Assembly: GCF_009914755.1 (NCBI RefSeq) | Contig: NC_060927.1 | Origin: the human T2T-CHM13v2.0 reference genome, Homo sapiens | Reading direction: 5' to 3' (one strand) | Length of the DNA stretch: 64,000 bases | In this document: positions 60,341 to 64,000 of the stretch, piece by piece | Layout of the letters: every line of letters begins with the position of its first letter | Position numbering within the stretch: the first letter of the stretch is position 1 | Position numbers and translations under genes: made by a program | The notes under the pieces: model-generated | Seen by the model: only the letters and a program-made list of their open reading frames with translations | The model's database searches: none | Told to the model about the DNA's origin: nothing

Positions 60341-61386
60341 CAAGTGATAAAAGGGCCAAGAAAAGTACAATTTAGTGTTACAGGAGATCAGAAGAGAGAT
60401 AATGTTTTCATTTGGAGAATCAATGGAGGCTTCTTCTTGGAAGAAGTAGCACTTGACCCAAGGTAGGTTTCAAGTATGATGAAAAATGGGTCAGAGCTTT
60501 CCAGATATAGGGAACAGAGCACAGCCACAGAGGTGGGAAAACATGGAACTTTTAGAGAGAATCATGAGTAGTTCTATTGGGAAGGTTCTTGGAGTAATGA
60601 ATAAAGTTGTTTGCAAAGGTAGGCTGAGGTCAAGAGGGCTTTATTTTGGAGCATAGACATTGAACTCCACAAGAGCTTTTTGAGTGGAGTTATATAATAT
60701 TGCCAGAGCTTGCTTCAGGAAGGTTAGATGATAAATTATATCAAGGAGAGAAGGTAACTTGGGTTATCAGTCAAGAACCTTTTATAATATCCATGCATGA
60801 GATTGTGAGACCTAAACCAAGCTGGCAGAGGTGGGTAGAATGAGGAAAGATGAGAATGAACTCAGTAAGTTGAAATGACTGGACTTGCAATTAAGTGTAT
60901 CTGAGATGTGATAGAAGGTCAAAGATGAACCTGAGGTTTTGTGCCTGGATGAATGAGAAATTGGAAAGACAGGTTTGAAACAATGGTGATGAGTTTAATT
61001 ATGAATACGCTGGGTAGAATATGGAGAGAGAAGAAGGAGAGGGAGGAGAGAGAGAGAATGAGAATGAGAGAAGGAAGTTAGAAGTGAGGCTCTGGATCTT
61101 AGGGAACCATCAGGGCTTGACTTTGTTTGGGTTCCTACAATATCAGAGCCCTGAAACAAAGACTAGGGTACAAATAGAGTTTTAGGAGGTAATCTTAGAA
61201 ATCAGAAGCCAATAAGTGGGAAGAGTGAGAAGGAGAAGCCAGAAAAGCTGTGCAGAATGCATGGTTGAACTAGTGGCTGCTGTGGGTAGAGGGATGCAGA
61301 GGCAGGACTCTTCTAATAGTGTTTTAAGTTTTGAGTTTCTCTTCCTGCATTCTTTCCTGAATTTTTGGGGAAAAAAAGAAAAAGCA

Positions 61387-61695
<309 letters not shown>

Positions 61696-61766
61696 TTAAA
61701 TATAACTATTGTTTTCTAGCACTATTGTGAATTTCCTCTTGAAAAATTTCTTGTATTTCTGGGAAT

Positions 61767-61812
61767 TTGGAGTGAGGAGGGGGAGGAAGTTGGAGTGAGG
61801 AGGGGGAGGAAG
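61767..61812. repeat. Perfect 23 bp tandem duplication, G-rich
   Basis: TTGGAGTGAGGAGGGGGAGGAAG twice in tandem. Confidence 0.95.
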
Positions 61813-62729
61813 TTGTCTTCATCTTGATCCAATTTTAGAATGGTTTTTAAATGGAGCAGTTATATATATATTATTCCTGATTGTAAATGTATAATCTATG
61901 TTTCACTTCTGTTGGTTTTCAGTATTTAATTTAGTATAAAACATGTTTCCTTCAGAAAATAAACTTATTTATCTTAATTGTCTGACTTTAAAACTTTTTA
62001 AATCCAAAGGAATGATTTTTTTTAGCATATGGCATAAACATTTATAAATAATTAAAAAGCCAAGACTATTCACAGTTCACTGAAAGCTACTTTGAGAACG
62101 TAGCACTAAAACATGTTCTTGCCGAAGGGAGTCATGCTGTATTAACAAAACTCCAGTGTCGTGGCTTACAGCAGCAATCATTTCCTGCTCATGTTGCATA
62201 TTGACAGATATGGGTCATCTGCAAGTCTGCTCTACATGTCTTCATTCCAGTACCCAAACTGAAGGAGCAGCCCTATCCAGGACAGGCTTTACTCCTGGTG
62301 GAGGGAAAAGCAAGAGAGTGGAAACCCCTTGCTCAGACATGACAATCATCCAGTCTGCTCACATGTCATTAACCAGAGAAGTCACATGACCACTCTTAAT
62401 GTCAGAGGGGGTGGAGATGCCTCTTCCTCCCAAAGGGACCCCTCACTGCAAGGAATAAGAAGCGTGAATACTTGGGAACAAGAATAAGTCTACTACAATG
62501 TTTCACTCAGCTTTAGACTAAAATCTTTCAAATTACAGCTGATAAATATAGGCTTGTCTACAAAGCATTATTCTAGTTTTCTCCTTATATGATCTACAGT
62601 ATATATTAAAGTATATTTTGAAAATTACATAAATTGGCTTACATATGAGTTAAGATTACCTTGGAAACAATACATGTGAAGAGGTTAGGTTTGTTGCAAA
62701 TGCCTTGCAAAAATTTTAGTTTATATATA

Positions 62730-63175
62730 TGATGGTTGATTTTATGTGTCAAGTTGACTGGGCAGTAGATGCCCAGAATTACACATTGTTTACAGGTGTG
62801 TCTTTGAAGATGGTTCTGGATGAGATTAGCATTTGAATCTGTGGACTCAGTAAAGTAGATTGCCCTCCACAGTGTGGGCAGGCATCATCCAATCCCTTGA
62901 TGGCTTGAATGGAACAAAAGACAGAGGAAGGAGGAATTTGCCCCCTTGTTCCTGCCTCACTACTTAAGCTAGACATCTCATCTCCTACCCTCAGACTGGG
63001 ATTTACACCATTGGCTCCCCTGGTTCTCAGTCCTTTGGACAGGGACTGAATTACACTATTGGCTTTCCTGGGTCTCTAGCTTGTAGACAGCAGATTGTGG
63101 GACTTCTCAGCCTCCCTAATTCATGAGCCAATTCTTCATAATAAATCATTTATCATTAGAACCCAGACTAATACA
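62730..63175 (+). mobile_element. MLT2-type ERVL solo LTR
   Basis: TGATGGTTGATTTTATGTGTCAAGTTGACTGG start; ...AACCCAGACTAATACA end. Confidence 0.85.
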
Positions 63176-63664
63176 GTGCAGCCGTAGAGGAGATAAAGAA
63201 GACCCTGGAAACACTAAGAAGAATGAAGTTACAGAAAAAGTGAAGAATCTGTTCACTCCTTTGGAGCTTCCTGTACTTATTTTAATTTGGTTTATTTATA
63301 CATTATTCTAAATCTATAACATATGGCATAAACACATAAATAATGATGTTAAAACCTGAGAAAATTCACAGTTCACTAGAAGCTATCTTGAGAATGTTGC
63401 ACTGAAACCCATTACTGTTCTGGGCGGGGAGTTCAGTTATGTCAATTTCTTAAGATAAAGGACAGAGCAGCCTCTCTGCAGAGAGCCCACCTGCTGGTGG
63501 TCTCAAGGCCTTGCTGATTTTGGTGCTTTCCAAGTAGAGGAGAGAACAGGGCTGGGCACTTACTCCAAGACGGCTTCCTCATCACCTCACTGCCCATGGA
63601 TTTCCCAGCCAGCTTGGCGAGGTATTGTGGTAGAGTGGCTAAAATGTTCCCTGAAAGGTAGTGT

Positions 63665-63666
63665 TT

Positions 63667-63746
<80 letters not shown>

Positions 63747-63747
63747 T
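63665..63747. repeat. (TTTC)n microsatellite at an L1 tail
   Basis: About 20 TTTC units directly adjoining an antisense L1 3' end. Confidence 0.95.
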
Positions 63748-64000
63748 ATTATACTTTAAGTTCTAGGATACATGTACACAACGTGCAGGTTTGTTACATA
63801 TGTATACATGTGCCATGTTGGTGTGCTGCACCCATTAACTCGTCATTTACATTAGGTATCTCTCCTAATGCTATCCCTCGCCTTCCCCCCACCCCATGAC
63901 AGGCTCCAGTGTGTGATGTTCCCCACCTTGTGTCCAAGTGTTCTCATTGTTCAGTTCTCACCTATGAGTGAGAACGTGCAGTGTTTGGTTTTCTGTCCTT
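63748..64000 (-). mobile_element. L1PA 3'UTR, continuing beyond the window
   Basis: ATTATACTTTAAGTTCTAGG...TGCACCCATTAACTCGTCATTTACATTAGG. Confidence 0.95.

Overview
This window is primate, very probably human, genomic DNA lying entirely within a large gene on the + strand. Two coding exons (28181-28346 and 57559-57677) splice in frame and encode N-lobe to helix-E sequence of a NIMA-related kinase that I recognise as NEK11. The rest is intron rich in repeats: about 13 Alus, several young L1PA fragments, MaLR/ERVL LTRs, DNA-transposon MITEs, and MIR/L2/CR1 relics. A 15.5 kb nested stack (39497-55140) consists of a decayed class I ERV on the minus strand (3' LTR, env, integrase and gag remnants) invaded by a U6 retrocopy, Alus, a THE1 LTR and a near full-length old L1, which itself carries a twin-primed (5'-inverted) young L1. 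Nearly all short ORFs in the track are repeat-derived or chance. I see no convincing new biological system. The most unusual items are an Alu flanked by a ~195 bp duplication ending at an L1-endonuclease site, an unexplained ~65 bp inverted-repeat pair, a 285 nt exon pair that would form a stop-free circle and is bracketed by inverted L1s, and a U6 copy inserted at the env SU/TM boundary. Repeat subfamily names are from memory of consensus sequences and need RepeatMasker/Dfam confirmation.
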